From an uncultured delta proteobacterium (GTDB lineage: Bacteria > Desulfobacterota > Binatia > UBA9968): DNA of 64,000 nucleotides. Below, piece by piece: positions 9,979-20,078 of this stretch. Position 1 is the first letter of the stretch. Each line of letters opens with the position of its first letter. The stretch spans positions 449,140-513,139 of the forward strand of contig CAVSHR010000009.1 in the NCBI GenBank assembly GCA_963727625.1, given 5' to 3'. The notes under the pieces are model-generated. The model was given only the letters and a program-made list of their open reading frames with translations. It had not been told where the DNA came from and ran no database searches. A program made the position numbers and the translations under genes.

Positions 9979-10716
9979 ATGGATACATTCATGTCTGTCG
10001 CGCATCTGATCCTGCTTGCGGGCGCCGCTTTTGCCGGCTCTATGTTGGCGGCGGTGGCGGGTTTTGGCGGCGCGGCGGTCTTGTTGCCGCTCCTCGTGGC
10101 CGCCTTCGGCGTGCGTGAGGCGATCCCGATTCTCACCGTGGCCCAGTTGTTGGGTAACTTGAGCCGCGCATGGTTTAACCGAAGCGAGCTGGATCTGCCC
10201 GTCGTCGGCTGGTTCGCTCTGACCGGCGTGCCCGCCGCGCTGGTCGGCGGGTTTCTCTTCGCTTCGGCGCCGCTGTCGTTTCTGACGCGTCTCCTGGGCA
10301 TTTTTCTGATCGGTGTGGTGGTCTACCGCCACGCCGGCACAGGCAGCGCGACGCGATTCCCGCTCCGCGCCTTTGCCATCGTCGGCGCCGTGTTTAGTTT
10401 TCTCTCCGCCCTGTTGGGAAGTGTCGGGCCGATCATGATTCCGTTCTTCCTGGCGTATGGGCTTGTCAAAGGCGCGCTCATCGGCACCGAAGCGCTCGCA
10501 ACCGTCGTCATGCACGTCACCAAACTGGTCGCCTACGGAAGCACCGCGATCCTCACGAGCCATAGCGTCACGGTGGGGCTCGGGCTCGGAGTGATCATGA
10601 TTTTTGGCTCTTTGATCGGAAAAAAGATTTTGGACCGGCTGCCCGAGCGAATATTTATCTTGCTTATCGAGGGGACGCTTCTAATCGCCGGATTGAGATT
10701 TCTGATCTACGGATAG
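9979..10716 (+). CDS. Sulfite exporter TauE/SafE family membrane protein
   Basis: AVAGFGGAAVLLP motif and about 8 TM helices. Confidence 0.85.
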   Translation: MDTFMSVAHLILLAGAAFAGSMLAAVAGFGGAAVLLPLLVAAFGVREAIPILTVAQLLGNLSRAWFNRSELDLPVVGWFALTGVPAALVGGFLFASAPLSFLTRLLGIFLIGVVVYRHAGTGSATRFPLRAFAIVGAVFSFLSALLGSVGPIMIPFFLAYGLVKGALIGTEALATVVMHVTKLVAYGSTAILTSHSVTVGLGLGVIMIFGSLIGKKILDRLPERIFILLIEGTLLIAGLRFLIYG

Positions 10717-10745
10717 CCGGCTGCCGACAAGCGAGCAGGAAGCGG

Positions 10746-11732
10746 TCAGCGATTCGATCTTTGGCGTGGAACTTTGAGCGCGTCCGGGTTGGCAACGTGG
10801 CTGGGTTCGCCGCGAAAATAATTCAAAATATTCTCGACCGACATCGCGGCGGCGCGTCGAAACGTTTCCGTGGTCTGCCATGCCATGTGCGGCGTCAGCA
10901 GGGTCCGCGGCGCCTCGAGCATCGGGTCGGTCATCGACACCGGCAGGGGATGGCAGAGATCCATCGCGGCTCCGGCCAGGCGTCCGGCCTTGAGCGCGTC
11001 GGCGAGGTCCCGGCGATTTACGACACCCTCGCGCGAAATGTCGACCAAGAGAGCGCTCGGTTTCATTTGCAGCAGGCGCGCGCCGTTGACGAAATTGTCG
11101 GACAGCGCGCTGTACCGCAGGTGGACGGACAAAATGTCGGCACTCTGGAAGAGCTCCTGTTCGCCGACGAAGCGGGCCTGGGATGCGGCGGCGCGCTCGG
11201 CCGTAAGCGTAGGCCCCCACGCGATCAAGTTGACGTCGAAAGCCGCCATCCGTTTGGCCACGGCGCTGCCGATCCGGCCCAAACCCAAGATTCCGAAGTT
11301 TTTTCCGGCGAGATCGAATCCGGTCGCCGGCTCCAAGCTCCGCCGGCGCAGCGCCTGATCCGCGCTCACGATATGACGCGCGAGGGCAAGCACCAGCGCG
11401 CAAACATAATCGGCCACCGCCGCGGTCGAGACCGCGGGCGTGTTCGCGACCACAATCCCCAGCTTGGTTGCGGCTTCCAGGTCGATGCGGTGAGGGCCGG
11501 TCGAAGCGATCATCTCCAGAGCGGGGAGTTCACTCAAAGTCGCTTGATCGAGGGCGACTCTGCCGCGAAATTCCAAAACCGCGCGGGCGCCGCGCAACCG
11601 GCGGACGAGGAGTTCCCGGGGCGGATCCAGCTCGTTGAATATTTCGATCGAGCCGAGGGCTTTTAACCTGCTCAGCTCGCCGCTTTTTTCGAGCTCGCCT
11701 TCGAGGTCGCCGCAGACGACGATATCGGCCAT
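10746..11732 (-). CDS. D-2-hydroxyacid dehydrogenase family protein (SerA-like)
   Basis: GILGLGRIG, MKPSALLVDISREGVV, LAGAAMD, LLTPHMAW; true start taken as MADIVVCG. Confidence 0.88.
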   Translation of the reverse strand: MADIVVCGDLEGELEKSGELSRLKALGSIEIFNELDPPRELLVRRLRGARAVLEFRGRVALDQATLSELPALEMIASTGPHRIDLEAATKLGIVVANTPAVSTAAVADYVCALVLALARHIVSADQALRRRSLEPATGFDLAGKNFGILGLGRIGSAVAKRMAAFDVNLIAWGPTLTAERAAASQARFVGEQELFQSADILSVHLRYSALSDNFVNGARLLQMKPSALLVDISREGVVNRRDLADALKAGRLAGAAMDLCHPLPVSMTDPMLEAPRTLLTPHMAWQTTETFRRAAAMSVENILNYFRGEPSHVANPDALKVPRQRSNR

Positions 11733-11810
11733 GGCATGTCTTATATTGATTCGTTCGAACCGTTCAAGAGAACGGATGACGCTTCGACTCGCGGCTGTTA
11801 AGATTGAACC

Positions 11811-12155
11811 ATGATCATGGCTCACGCTGACGTCGTCGGTAGCTTGCTTCGGCCGGCGGAGCTTCTTGAGGCCCAGAGGCGGCTCGCCGACGGAGCCATC
11901 ACGGTTGAGCAGTTCAAGGAAATCGAAGACCGCGCCTTGGATGAGGCGGTCGCTTTGCAGGAAAGCGCGGGCTTGGAGATCGTTACCGAGGGCGAGATGC
12001 GCCGCCAGTCCTTTCAAAGCCAGATGACGGCCGCGGTGAGCGGCTTCGGTGAGTTTGGCCTCGACGCCTTTCTCTGGGGCGAGTGGCACGATGAAACCGG
12101 CGTCCAGAAGAAACGCCGGCCGGGGAGGGAAAGGGGGACATTCTACATTATTTAG
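11811..12155 (+). pseudogene. 5' fragment of cobalamin-independent methionine synthase II family gene, truncated at about 12125
   Basis: ADVVGSLLRPAEL...QESAGLEIVTEGEMRR, then the frame runs into an inverted repeat. Confidence 0.8.
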
Positions 12156-12241
12156 ATTATCGAGCTACGAATCGCGACTTATCTACCGCCATTTCCATCG
12201 CTCTGAGGCACCGAGATAATGGAAAATTAGAGTCCCCCTTT
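12130..12241. repeat. REP-like inverted repeat at the truncation point of the MetE-II fragment
   Basis: aaagggggacattcta (12130-12145) and tagagtccccctttg (12228-12242). Confidence 0.6.
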
Positions 12242-12409
12242 GTTTCTCTTCAGACATTATCGCGTCAGCCAGTCGTAGAAACTTTGAGCCGCATCCCGCG
12301 CAGCGATGCTTCCGTTTGTGATCTGTCAATTAACTGCTACCCGGGGGTGTACCCTTCGGGGGGGTTTGAATAACCTGCATCTCGCTCACACAACCTCCCG
12401 ACACCAGGC

Positions 12410-13141
12410 TCACTTTTTCTTCGGAATGGGCAATAACATCGATGTTTCTTTTTTATAACTCTCGTATTCCTTACCGTGAAAGCGGATGAGATCTCGTTCC
12501 TCCAATTGTATCGAGATTAAAATCCAAACCGTGGTCACGACCGCAAAGACCAAATGACCGGTCGTCATTCGTGGAGTTGCCCAGAACGCGATGATGAAGC
12601 CCAACATAAGCGGGTGACGAACCAGCCTGTACAAACCGGCGGTTTTGAACACAAGCGGCTTATACGCTTCGCCGCGAAGATTAATAAAGACTTGGCGCAG
12701 GCCAAAAAGATCGAAATGATTAATCATAAACGTGGACAATAGCACGGTCACCCAACCGATCCAGAACAGCGCCCACATGACAATCTGACCCGCGCCATTT
12801 TCAATGTTCCAGACAACAGTGAGCATCGGTCGCCACTGCCAGTAGAGCAATATCAGCAATAAACTGGCAAACAGGACAAAAGTGCTGCGCTCGACGCTCT
12901 GCGGGACGATGTTTGTCCACCATTTTTTGAACCACGGTCGTGCCATGAGGTTATGTTGGATGGCAAACAGACCGAGCAAAACCACGTTGATTACCAGCGC
13001 CGTCGTGAACGGAGTTTCCACGCCCGTATCGACGGATTTTGGAACCATCATATTGCCGACGAATCCGATGGCATACAAGAATGCAATCAAAAATATTAGA
13101 TAACTGATTACACCATATATGAAAGCAACAATTCTTCCCAT
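12410..13141 (-). CDS. mddA: Methanethiol S-methyltransferase MddA (ICMT-like membrane methyltransferase)
   Basis: FLYAIGFVGN, QH..MARP.FK.WW...P...ERSTFVL, INHFDLFGLRQV, YRLVRHPLMLGF...FWATP.MT.GHL, EERDL. Confidence 0.85.
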   Translation of the reverse strand: MGRIVAFIYGVISYLIFLIAFLYAIGFVGNMMVPKSVDTGVETPFTTALVINVVLLGLFAIQHNLMARPWFKKWWTNIVPQSVERSTFVLFASLLLILLYWQWRPMLTVVWNIENGAGQIVMWALFWIGWVTVLLSTFMINHFDLFGLRQVFINLRGEAYKPLVFKTAGLYRLVRHPLMLGFIIAFWATPRMTTGHLVFAVVTTVWILISIQLEERDLIRFHGKEYESYKKETSMLLPIPKKK

Positions 13142-13545
13142 AATAGCCTCCTCCCCGTCGAACAAGTTTAATTCATTCTCTGGTCGATTCTTTTGGGCCC
13201 GGTAGCCTCCCCAGGCTTCAGAAAAAAGCGCTTATCAAATACCGAACGTAAGACAATAGGGAGGCACCAGCTCCTGCTGCGGTGGCCCGTTCCACTTGAG
13301 TGATTTATCGGGCCTACCTTCGCGTGGTTGTGGCACCTGGCCTGAGTATTAACTATTTTAAATTGACGAGCCGGCTTCTATTGTTTTTGCTTATCCCGAT
13401 GCAGCCGTGCCCGAATTCCTTGGTCGTGAGCCCATTCCCGCATCGGATAAACGAGCTGCGCTCTGCCCGCCATGGGAGTCTCCTCCCATCGACTTAGTGA
13501 GCTTTGGGATCTTTAACCGGGGCAGCTCAGCCATGAGTTTTGAGC

Positions 13546-15015
13546 CTACAGCCCCACCGCCGCCGCGTTTCTCCCTGCCAACCGCGAAAAGACCACATTG
13601 CGTGTCTGCCCGGTGCACGATGGATAATTGTGAAAAAACAGACCGACGATGTCGCCGGAGGCGAACAGGCCGCGGATCGGGTTGTTCGACGTGTTGAGCA
13701 CCTGGGCCTGGGTGTTGATCTGCAAGCCGCCGAAGGTAAACGTGATCCCGCCGGTGACGGCGTAGGCCCAGAAGGGCGGCTGGTCGATGGTATCGGCCCA
13801 GTGGGATTTTTTCGGCGTGATCCCTTCGGTGCAGCGGCCGTCCAATTTGGTGGCGTCGAACGGTATGTCCTTGCGCACCGCATTGTTGAAATTGTGAATC
13901 GTGTGATTCAGCACCGCGGGCTCGATGCTGATCTTATGCGCCAAGTCTTCAACGGTATCGGCTGCAATGGGATGGGAAAATTCGTAGTAACGTTTGTTGA
14001 GCAGCGCTTGGGCCTTCTGATCGTAGATCTGATAAGCCACCGCGCCGGGTTGGCCGAGCACGGCCCAACCGGTTTTGGCGTAGGTGTAAGAATGACGCGC
14101 TTCGCCCTCGTCGAAGAAACGCTGGCCCAATGAATTGACCGTAATGCCGTAGGTGTAGCCATAGCGATTCGCCTTGTTGCTAATCTCGACGTCGGGGAAT
14201 GTCGCATCGATGGGCGTGGCGTGGGCGCCCTGCCAGTGGCCGGCAGTCTTGGCGCCCAAGTCGATCGCCATCATCAGCACTTCGCCGGTGTCATGCTTGC
14301 TGCCGCGCACCTTCATCAGATCGGCGTTCTGGCCGAGGTAACGCGCGCGCTTTTCGGCGCTGGCCTGAAAACCGCCGGCGCAGAGAATCAGCGAATTTGT
14401 GCGAATTTCATATTCTTCGTTGGGATCGGACACTCTCACGCCTTCGATCCGCCGATCGTTGCCGAGCAGCGCCGAGACCCGCGATTCGTAGCGCAGCTCG
14501 ATACCCATCTTGGCCGCGATCTCGCGCCATTGCATCAGCTGTCCGATGCCCCCTTCGACGCCGCCGGCCGGGTGAACGACCATGCCGGGCTCGAAGTAAT
14601 AGCGCCCATCGATGATCACGTGGCTGTCGATATCCCATTGGATGCCGACCTCGCGCATCCAGTGGATCGCCGCGGTGGATTGGCTGACGAGCACGTCGGC
14701 CAGCGTCTTATCGATTCGCCCGCGCGTGACCCGCTGCAAGTCGCCGTGAAACTGCTCCGCGGTGTAGGGCGGAATATGCAACTTGGCAAAGGTTGCCTCG
14801 TCGAGGTGCGGCAGGAACTGGCGGATCTCCTCGGCGCCGGAGAACACCCAGCGAAATCCGGTGTGGGAAAATCGCGCGTTGCCGCCGAACTCCGGCTCCG
14901 GCGCTTTTTCCAGCATGACGACTCTCGGCGCCCCCGCCTGCTTGGCCGCCACGGCGGCTTCGAAGGCGGCACTGCCGCCGCCAACCACAACTACAGGGAT
15001 GTTTTCACTTCGCAT
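13546..15015 (-). CDS. tcuA: FAD-dependent oxidoreductase, tricarballylate dehydrogenase TcuA-like
   Basis: VVVGGGSAAFEAA, GGNARFS, RGSKHDTG, G.RFFDEG, GITFTFGGL, GLFFHNYP. Confidence 0.72.
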   Translation of the reverse strand: MRSENIPVVVVGGGSAAFEAAVAAKQAGAPRVVMLEKAPEPEFGGNARFSHTGFRWVFSGAEEIRQFLPHLDEATFAKLHIPPYTAEQFHGDLQRVTRGRIDKTLADVLVSQSTAAIHWMREVGIQWDIDSHVIIDGRYYFEPGMVVHPAGGVEGGIGQLMQWREIAAKMGIELRYESRVSALLGNDRRIEGVRVSDPNEEYEIRTNSLILCAGGFQASAEKRARYLGQNADLMKVRGSKHDTGEVLMMAIDLGAKTAGHWQGAHATPIDATFPDVEISNKANRYGYTYGITVNSLGQRFFDEGEARHSYTYAKTGWAVLGQPGAVAYQIYDQKAQALLNKRYYEFSHPIAADTVEDLAHKISIEPAVLNHTIHNFNNAVRKDIPFDATKLDGRCTEGITPKKSHWADTIDQPPFWAYAVTGGITFTFGGLQINTQAQVLNTSNNPIRGLFASGDIVGLFFHNYPSCTGQTRNVVFSRLAGRNAAAVGL

Positions 15016-15072
15016 CGCTGACTCGCTTTCCGCCGTGCTTTATAGGAGAAATGAAAATGATCGCGGCGCCGT

Positions 15073-15440
15073 TTATTTCTGCCAAATGCTGTGCACGAAA
15101 CCCGATTGATCGAGCTTCCGGATGAACGAATGGTCGATCACCGAGTCGACCCGCACGTCCTTGACCTTGGGTTGATCGTGGCCGATAGACTATGCAACCG
15201 CCTCATGCTCGCGACGCCGGCGTAGGGCATGCTCGTAGGAACTCACCACCGAATGATAGGACTCCGCGGTGTCGGCGGGATTGCTCAGACGCAGATTCCT
15301 CGCGATAATCTTAGTCACGCTTTCCTGATTTGCCGGATCGAGCAGCAGACCGACGCTTTCGATCAAAGCTTTCAGATACGTTTCGATCACCTGCGATTTG
15401 GCGGCGGCCGTGCGCCGGCTGGTCGCCAACATGCTCTGCG
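15073..15440 (-). pseudogene. C-terminal remnant of an ABC transporter substrate-binding protein (NMT1/SsuA-like)
   Basis: YLKALIES...VTKIIARNLRL...then KVKDVRVDSVIDHSFIRKLDQSGF; the N-terminus is missing and the frame is broken. Confidence 0.55.
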
Positions 15441-15546
15441 GCAAGGTCATGGCGCTGTTGCCGCAGCCAGGCAGAGCGCCACCGCAAGCAGGGTGAGGAA
15501 AGCGCGGTGGCAACTGGATGGACTGCCACGGATCATAACGATTTGA

Positions 15547-15939
15547 CTAGCTCGGCTTTTTCTCGCCCACCGGCTCGACGGTCAAAAAGCCGTGTTCGGA
15601 GATGTCGAAGAAGTTGCCATCGATATCCGAAGTGCGGGTCTCCGCGTACGGCCGGCCGTTAGGACGTTGTTTCGGGAGCTTGTTAGGATTGTATTTCTTC
15701 AGGCGCTCGACGATCTTCTCGCCGTTCTCCACCTCGAAGCCGAAGTGATAGAGCCCGTTGGGTGCCTGCTGCTCGTGGTTGGGCAGGATCGCCAAGTTGA
15801 AATAACCGTCGGTCAGGTATACAGCACCGCCCTCGTTCTTGTCCTTGTGCAGGACTTGCATCTCGAAGACGTCCATATAAAAGGTCGCGAGCTTTCCGGT
15901 ATCCTCGGTGCGGATGGCAAGATGGCGAAGTTTGGGCAT
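15547..15939 (-). CDS. VOC family (glyoxalase/extradiol dioxygenase) protein
   Basis: KLRHLAIRT...FY...YLTDGYFNLA...GLYHFGFEV...D.DGN.FDISE. Confidence 0.85.
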   Translation of the reverse strand: MPKLRHLAIRTEDTGKLATFYMDVFEMQVLHKDKNEGGAVYLTDGYFNLAILPNHEQQAPNGLYHFGFEVENGEKIVERLKKYNPNKLPKQRPNGRPYAETRTSDIDGNFFDISEHGFLTVEPVGEKKPS

Positions 15940-16082
15940 ACAGACCTCCAATTGAAATTTTACTCGCTCCACCCTTAGACCTCGAAGGCTCAATTTGTCA
16001 AGAAACGCCCGCAGGCAGCGCGGCGGGAAAAATCATGCGAGATGCAGAACAGGTGGGGCGAACTGGAGATCGAGACGGCAAC

Positions 16083-17495
16083 TCAAGGCGCCGACGGCGA
16101 ATGCAATTCGAGCTCGATCTGATCGCGGTCGACGATCATCGGCAGCATCGCATCGCGGATCACTTTCTCGCTCACTTCGCCAAATCTCTCTTTGAAGCGG
16201 TCGAGCGGCACCACCGCCTTGGCCATGGCGCGGTGGCCACCGGCGCTACCGATATCGTCATAGAGCTTTTTCATTATATCGCCGGCGCTTTTGACGTAGC
16301 CGACATTGCGCACGCAAATGACCACGCGGTCCTTGACCAAGCCGGAAACCACGCTCCACTCCACACCCTCGATTTGCATGCTGAACTCAGCCATCTGGGG
16401 AATCACGTCCTCGCGGTTGATCTCGCCCAGATGAATCACCGCGACGCCGCTGTCGACCTGCAGCCGGCTTAACGCCCGCCCCATCGCCTCGATATCTTCC
16501 CGCGGCAAGGCCGGCCGTTCGATGCGCGTGATCATCGCCTTGTTGGCGAGCGGATAGAGATAATTAAACGCGCTCAGATCGGCCAGACTGCTGCCCCGCT
16601 CGAGAAACAGCGTGTCGGTCTTGATGCCGTAAACCAGTGCAGTGGCCAAACGCTGCGACGGCACCATGCCGGCTGCGCGCAGATATTCGGTGAAAATCGT
16701 CGAGCTCGCGCCGTAGCTGGTGCGCAAGTCGGCGAACCGGGCTTTGAAGGAGTTCCGCTTGGGGTGGTGATCCACGACCAGGTCGACTCTCCCCAGCGGC
16801 CGATCGAAATAGGGCGGCTGCACGTCGACAAGCGCCACCCGGGCGCCGTCCTTGTGCAAATCTTCGTAGGTAATCCGGTCGATGTGGATCTCAAGCAGGC
16901 GGATCATGGTGAGGTTTTCCGGCCGGGTGATCTCGCCGAAGGTAACGATCGGCGTCGTTGCCCGATTCCGCCCGAGCAGCTCGCGCAGCGCCAATGCGCT
17001 GCCGATGGCGTCGGGATCGGGATCATGTTGCAGGAGAATATGGATCTTCTTGCTTTCGCTCAACAGCGAGCGAATCCGCTCGACTTTTTTAATATTGAGC
17101 GTGTCGAGCAAGTGCGTGGCGCAGAATTCTTCGAAAATATCGGCCAGATTCAAGTGGCGGATCAACGGGTCGGCAACTTCTTTTTTACCGTCGCCGCCCG
17201 AAGTGAGAGAGACGATCGACATGCCTTTGTCGAGATCGCGCAGCAGCCGGCAGACACGGCCCTGGGTATCCGGGTCTCGGATAAGCACAATCGCCTGGTC
17301 TACGTGACGCAGTTTGATCTTTTTGTAAGTTTCCTCTTTGAGCAGATCGCCCTGGCGCACCATGCCGCCCTGGCGTTTGATCGACCGCGCAACGGAATCA
17401 TTGGGCACCAGATAACGGACTTCACCCTGTTCCGCGGCGACATTGCGCATGAACTGAAAGAGCAAATCATCCTCGCAAATCGCTAGATACTGCAT
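16083..17495 (-). CDS. DHH/DHHA1 phosphoesterase with N-terminal RCK/TrkA-N-like domain
   Basis: HDPDPDAIGS, LVD, VVDHH, GIKTDT, AGGHRAMA. Confidence 0.85.
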   Translation of the reverse strand: MQYLAICEDDLLFQFMRNVAAEQGEVRYLVPNDSVARSIKRQGGMVRQGDLLKEETYKKIKLRHVDQAIVLIRDPDTQGRVCRLLRDLDKGMSIVSLTSGGDGKKEVADPLIRHLNLADIFEEFCATHLLDTLNIKKVERIRSLLSESKKIHILLQHDPDPDAIGSALALRELLGRNRATTPIVTFGEITRPENLTMIRLLEIHIDRITYEDLHKDGARVALVDVQPPYFDRPLGRVDLVVDHHPKRNSFKARFADLRTSYGASSTIFTEYLRAAGMVPSQRLATALVYGIKTDTLFLERGSSLADLSAFNYLYPLANKAMITRIERPALPREDIEAMGRALSRLQVDSGVAVIHLGEINREDVIPQMAEFSMQIEGVEWSVVSGLVKDRVVICVRNVGYVKSAGDIMKKLYDDIGSAGGHRAMAKAVVPLDRFKERFGEVSEKVIRDAMLPMIVDRDQIELELHSPSAP

Positions 17496-17660
17496 GGACG
17501 AGTCCCTAGATGGAGAATTGCTTGGATAGTTGGTGCGAGGCGAAATTTACCGATCGGTCCTTCATCAGTTCGGGCGTGAGTTTAGCACCAGGGTTTTGTC
17601 AATACTAGGGGGCGAGCTTGTACCCAGGCTCCGGTAAGATAATAGGGCACCAATTAATCA

Positions 17661-18110
17661 GTGGAACCGGAGAATGCGCACATGATCAACAGCGGTGAGC
17701 GGGGTTTCGGTTTGCCAAAGTTCAGGCAGGCTGAAAGGGAGCGGCGCTGGGGGCGCGTGCGCGAGCTCATGGGCGAGGCGCATCTCGACGCCATCATCGG
17801 ATTTCCCAACCAAAGCCACTGGGACCAGTTTCAAGCCGATGTCCGCTATCTGACACACATCGGCGGCCACCAAACCGAAGCCGCCATGGTCTTCCCGCAA
17901 GCGGGCGAGCCGACGGCCTTCGTCCGGAAGGCGAGCGCAGCATTGATCTGTTCGATCCCGACAACAATCGGCTGCAAATCACCGCCCACGCACCGAATCA
18001 AAAAGAAGAACTGCTTGACGACGAAGAAAAATGGCGCCGCATCATCGCCAGCCGCAAAGAACAAGGCCGCGGCTTGAGCCGCCGGGAAAGCAGCGGGAAG
18101 AAATTGCTCT
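17661..18110 (+). pseudogene. Chimeric remnant: N-terminus of a creatinase/Xaa-Pro peptidase joined to a VOC-like C-terminus
   Basis: PKFRQAERERRWGRVRELM...DVRYLT, then in another frame SIDLFDPDNNRLQIT. Confidence 0.5.
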
Positions 18111-18167
18111 AAGAATTGTTTCCACCCGGCTCGGGATTGAAATTTTCCGACCCGCCCAATCAACCGA

Positions 18168-19190
18168 CTATTTTTTGGCCATGATCAGCATCGTTCCCGG
18201 CAATGTCTTGGGAACCTCGCCGTGGGTTTCAATCGACGCGAATCCCGCTTTCTTGAGCCAGTCGGAATACTGCGACAGCGTCCAGCACTCGCCCTCCGGC
18301 GTGTGCGTCAGCGTGTAGACGGAAAAGCGCAAAGCGAAAGTCGGTTCGGTCCGTTCTTCGTTGGGGACGAAATCGTTGACGACAAAGATGCCGCCGGGTT
18401 TGAGCGCCGAGAAGGCTTTGGCGAATAATTCCTGATTACCCTTGGGGGATTCGAAGCGGCAGAAGTTACTGGCTAGAACTAAATCGTAATAATTCGACTC
18501 GATGTTGGCGGTGTGATGCTCGCCGTCGATGAAGCGGATCTTGCCTTCGAGGCCGCGCTCTTTGTTAGCCTTCTTGGCTACCGCATTGACGTTGGGCCAG
18601 TCGAGCTGTGTCACCTGCGCGGTTGGATCGCGCGTCACGATCGTCATGCCGAAGATGCTCGAGCCGCCGGCAATGTCGAGCACGCGCATGCCCCTGCGCT
18701 CCGTGCCGATTTTCAGGATATCGCAGAGCGCCTTGGCGGCTGGCTCGGCGATCACGATGATGCCGAGCACCAGTTTTTCCCAAACCGGCAACTCGGCATT
18801 GGTATCCATGCGGCTCAGCGGTTTGCCGGTCTTGAGCGATTCTTTGAGATGCGCCATGCCGTCCCATAGCGCCAGAGCGACATGGCGGAAATCGCCGCAA
18901 TAGGACGGCTTCCCTTTGACCAGAAAGGCCTGCGCTGATGGCGTGAGAAAATACTTGCCGTCGCGTTTTTCGATCAACGACAACGCCGGCAAGCTGTCGA
19001 GCACGATGCGCGTGGCGCGCGCATCCGTGCCGGCTTCCCGCGCCACCGCTTCAGCGCTGGTGAAACCTTTGCTGATCAGCGTGAAAAAATCGTACTCCAG
19101 CGCCGCGTCGAGAATTTGACTATTGGCGAAATCGCCGAGTATCCGCATCAGCGGACGGGGTGAAATATCTTCGTGGGTAGACTCCGCCAT
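18168..19190 (-). CDS. SAM-dependent methyltransferase with N-terminal dimerisation domain (Methyltransf_2 type)
   Basis: wHTH-like AAL..DFFTLI...VAREAG, VLDIAGGS, LKPGGIFVVNDF, WLKKAGF. Confidence 0.88.
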   Translation of the reverse strand: MAESTHEDISPRPLMRILGDFANSQILDAALEYDFFTLISKGFTSAEAVAREAGTDARATRIVLDSLPALSLIEKRDGKYFLTPSAQAFLVKGKPSYCGDFRHVALALWDGMAHLKESLKTGKPLSRMDTNAELPVWEKLVLGIIVIAEPAAKALCDILKIGTERRGMRVLDIAGGSSIFGMTIVTRDPTAQVTQLDWPNVNAVAKKANKERGLEGKIRFIDGEHHTANIESNYYDLVLASNFCRFESPKGNQELFAKAFSALKPGGIFVVNDFVPNEERTEPTFALRFSVYTLTHTPEGECWTLSQYSDWLKKAGFASIETHGEVPKTLPGTMLIMAKK

Positions 19191-19192
19191 AA

Positions 19193-19987
19193 TTATTCTT
19201 TGTACAGGCCTTCCTGCTTGATTTGCTGATAAACCCCCTCGAAGAACCAGGCGAAATACGCTGTGCCCATGCGCATGCAGTATTCTAAGTTGAAGCCCGG
19301 GCGGGTTTCGGCCTTGCCTTCGGTGAGCAAATTCTTCAAGACCAGCCAATCGAGATCGGCGTGGGCCATAATGCCATCATGCTCTTCCAGGTCAGCTTTG
19401 GCATGCACGCTAAAGTAGACGATCTTTTCTTCAGGAAAGTTGTAGACCTTGCGTAGCGCGGTGCCAAAGAAGCGCGCCCAGTGGCCCACCGCCTCTTCAA
19501 CGCAGAAGGATGCCCACCACTCGGCGGTGGTGCCTTCATAAAGAACGCCTCGGTAGTATTCCAAGAATGCCCGGCATTCGGCGAGCATTTCGTACTCGAC
19601 CATTTCGTCGTCGCGCAAACCGAAGTTGCGCCCCTGTTCGAGGACAATCTGAATATGGCCGGGGGGTTTGGGATGGATCATCTCGTCGGCCACATGGGCG
19701 GCAAAGTGTTTGAGCAGCTCGGGGTGACGTTTGAAAAATGGCTGCTGCCGTTGGTAGGCGACGCCGTGAAAATTGTTGATTTCGGCGACAAAGCCATACC
19801 AGTTCTGCCAAAAGATTTTGATCGCCTCCATCGGCAGCGTGCCGTTACCCATGTCCGTGTGAAAGCGTCCCTTGATCAGCCACTTGTCGGCGATACCCAA
19901 CAGATACGCTTTCAAATCCGCGATCACCGCGTCGGCTTCCTGCGGCGCCAGCTTCTTGCCGGAAAAATCCTGCCTGCCTAGTCCCAT
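19193..19987 (-). CDS. Heme-oxygenase-like diiron protein (TenA/PqqC/CADD superfamily)
   Basis: Helical protein with ADEMIH...GH, CVEE and YFSVHAKADLEEH metal-ligand pattern. Confidence 0.7.
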   Translation of the reverse strand: MGLGRQDFSGKKLAPQEADAVIADLKAYLLGIADKWLIKGRFHTDMGNGTLPMEAIKIFWQNWYGFVAEINNFHGVAYQRQQPFFKRHPELLKHFAAHVADEMIHPKPPGHIQIVLEQGRNFGLRDDEMVEYEMLAECRAFLEYYRGVLYEGTTAEWWASFCVEEAVGHWARFFGTALRKVYNFPEEKIVYFSVHAKADLEEHDGIMAHADLDWLVLKNLLTEGKAETRPGFNLEYCMRMGTAYFAWFFEGVYQQIKQEGLYKE

Positions 19988-20078
19988 AAAGTTCTCCTTA
20001 CCGCAAATCTCGCGAAACCTTTAGTGCTATATTTCTTGGACGTTGAACTTTTGAACGCTTGAACCTTGAACGAACTTA

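Noticed and set aside
11733-12089. Long N-terminal extension of the 447-aa dehydrogenase ORF
   Set aside because: It is the antisense shadow of the MetE-II fragment; homology begins at MADIVVCG.
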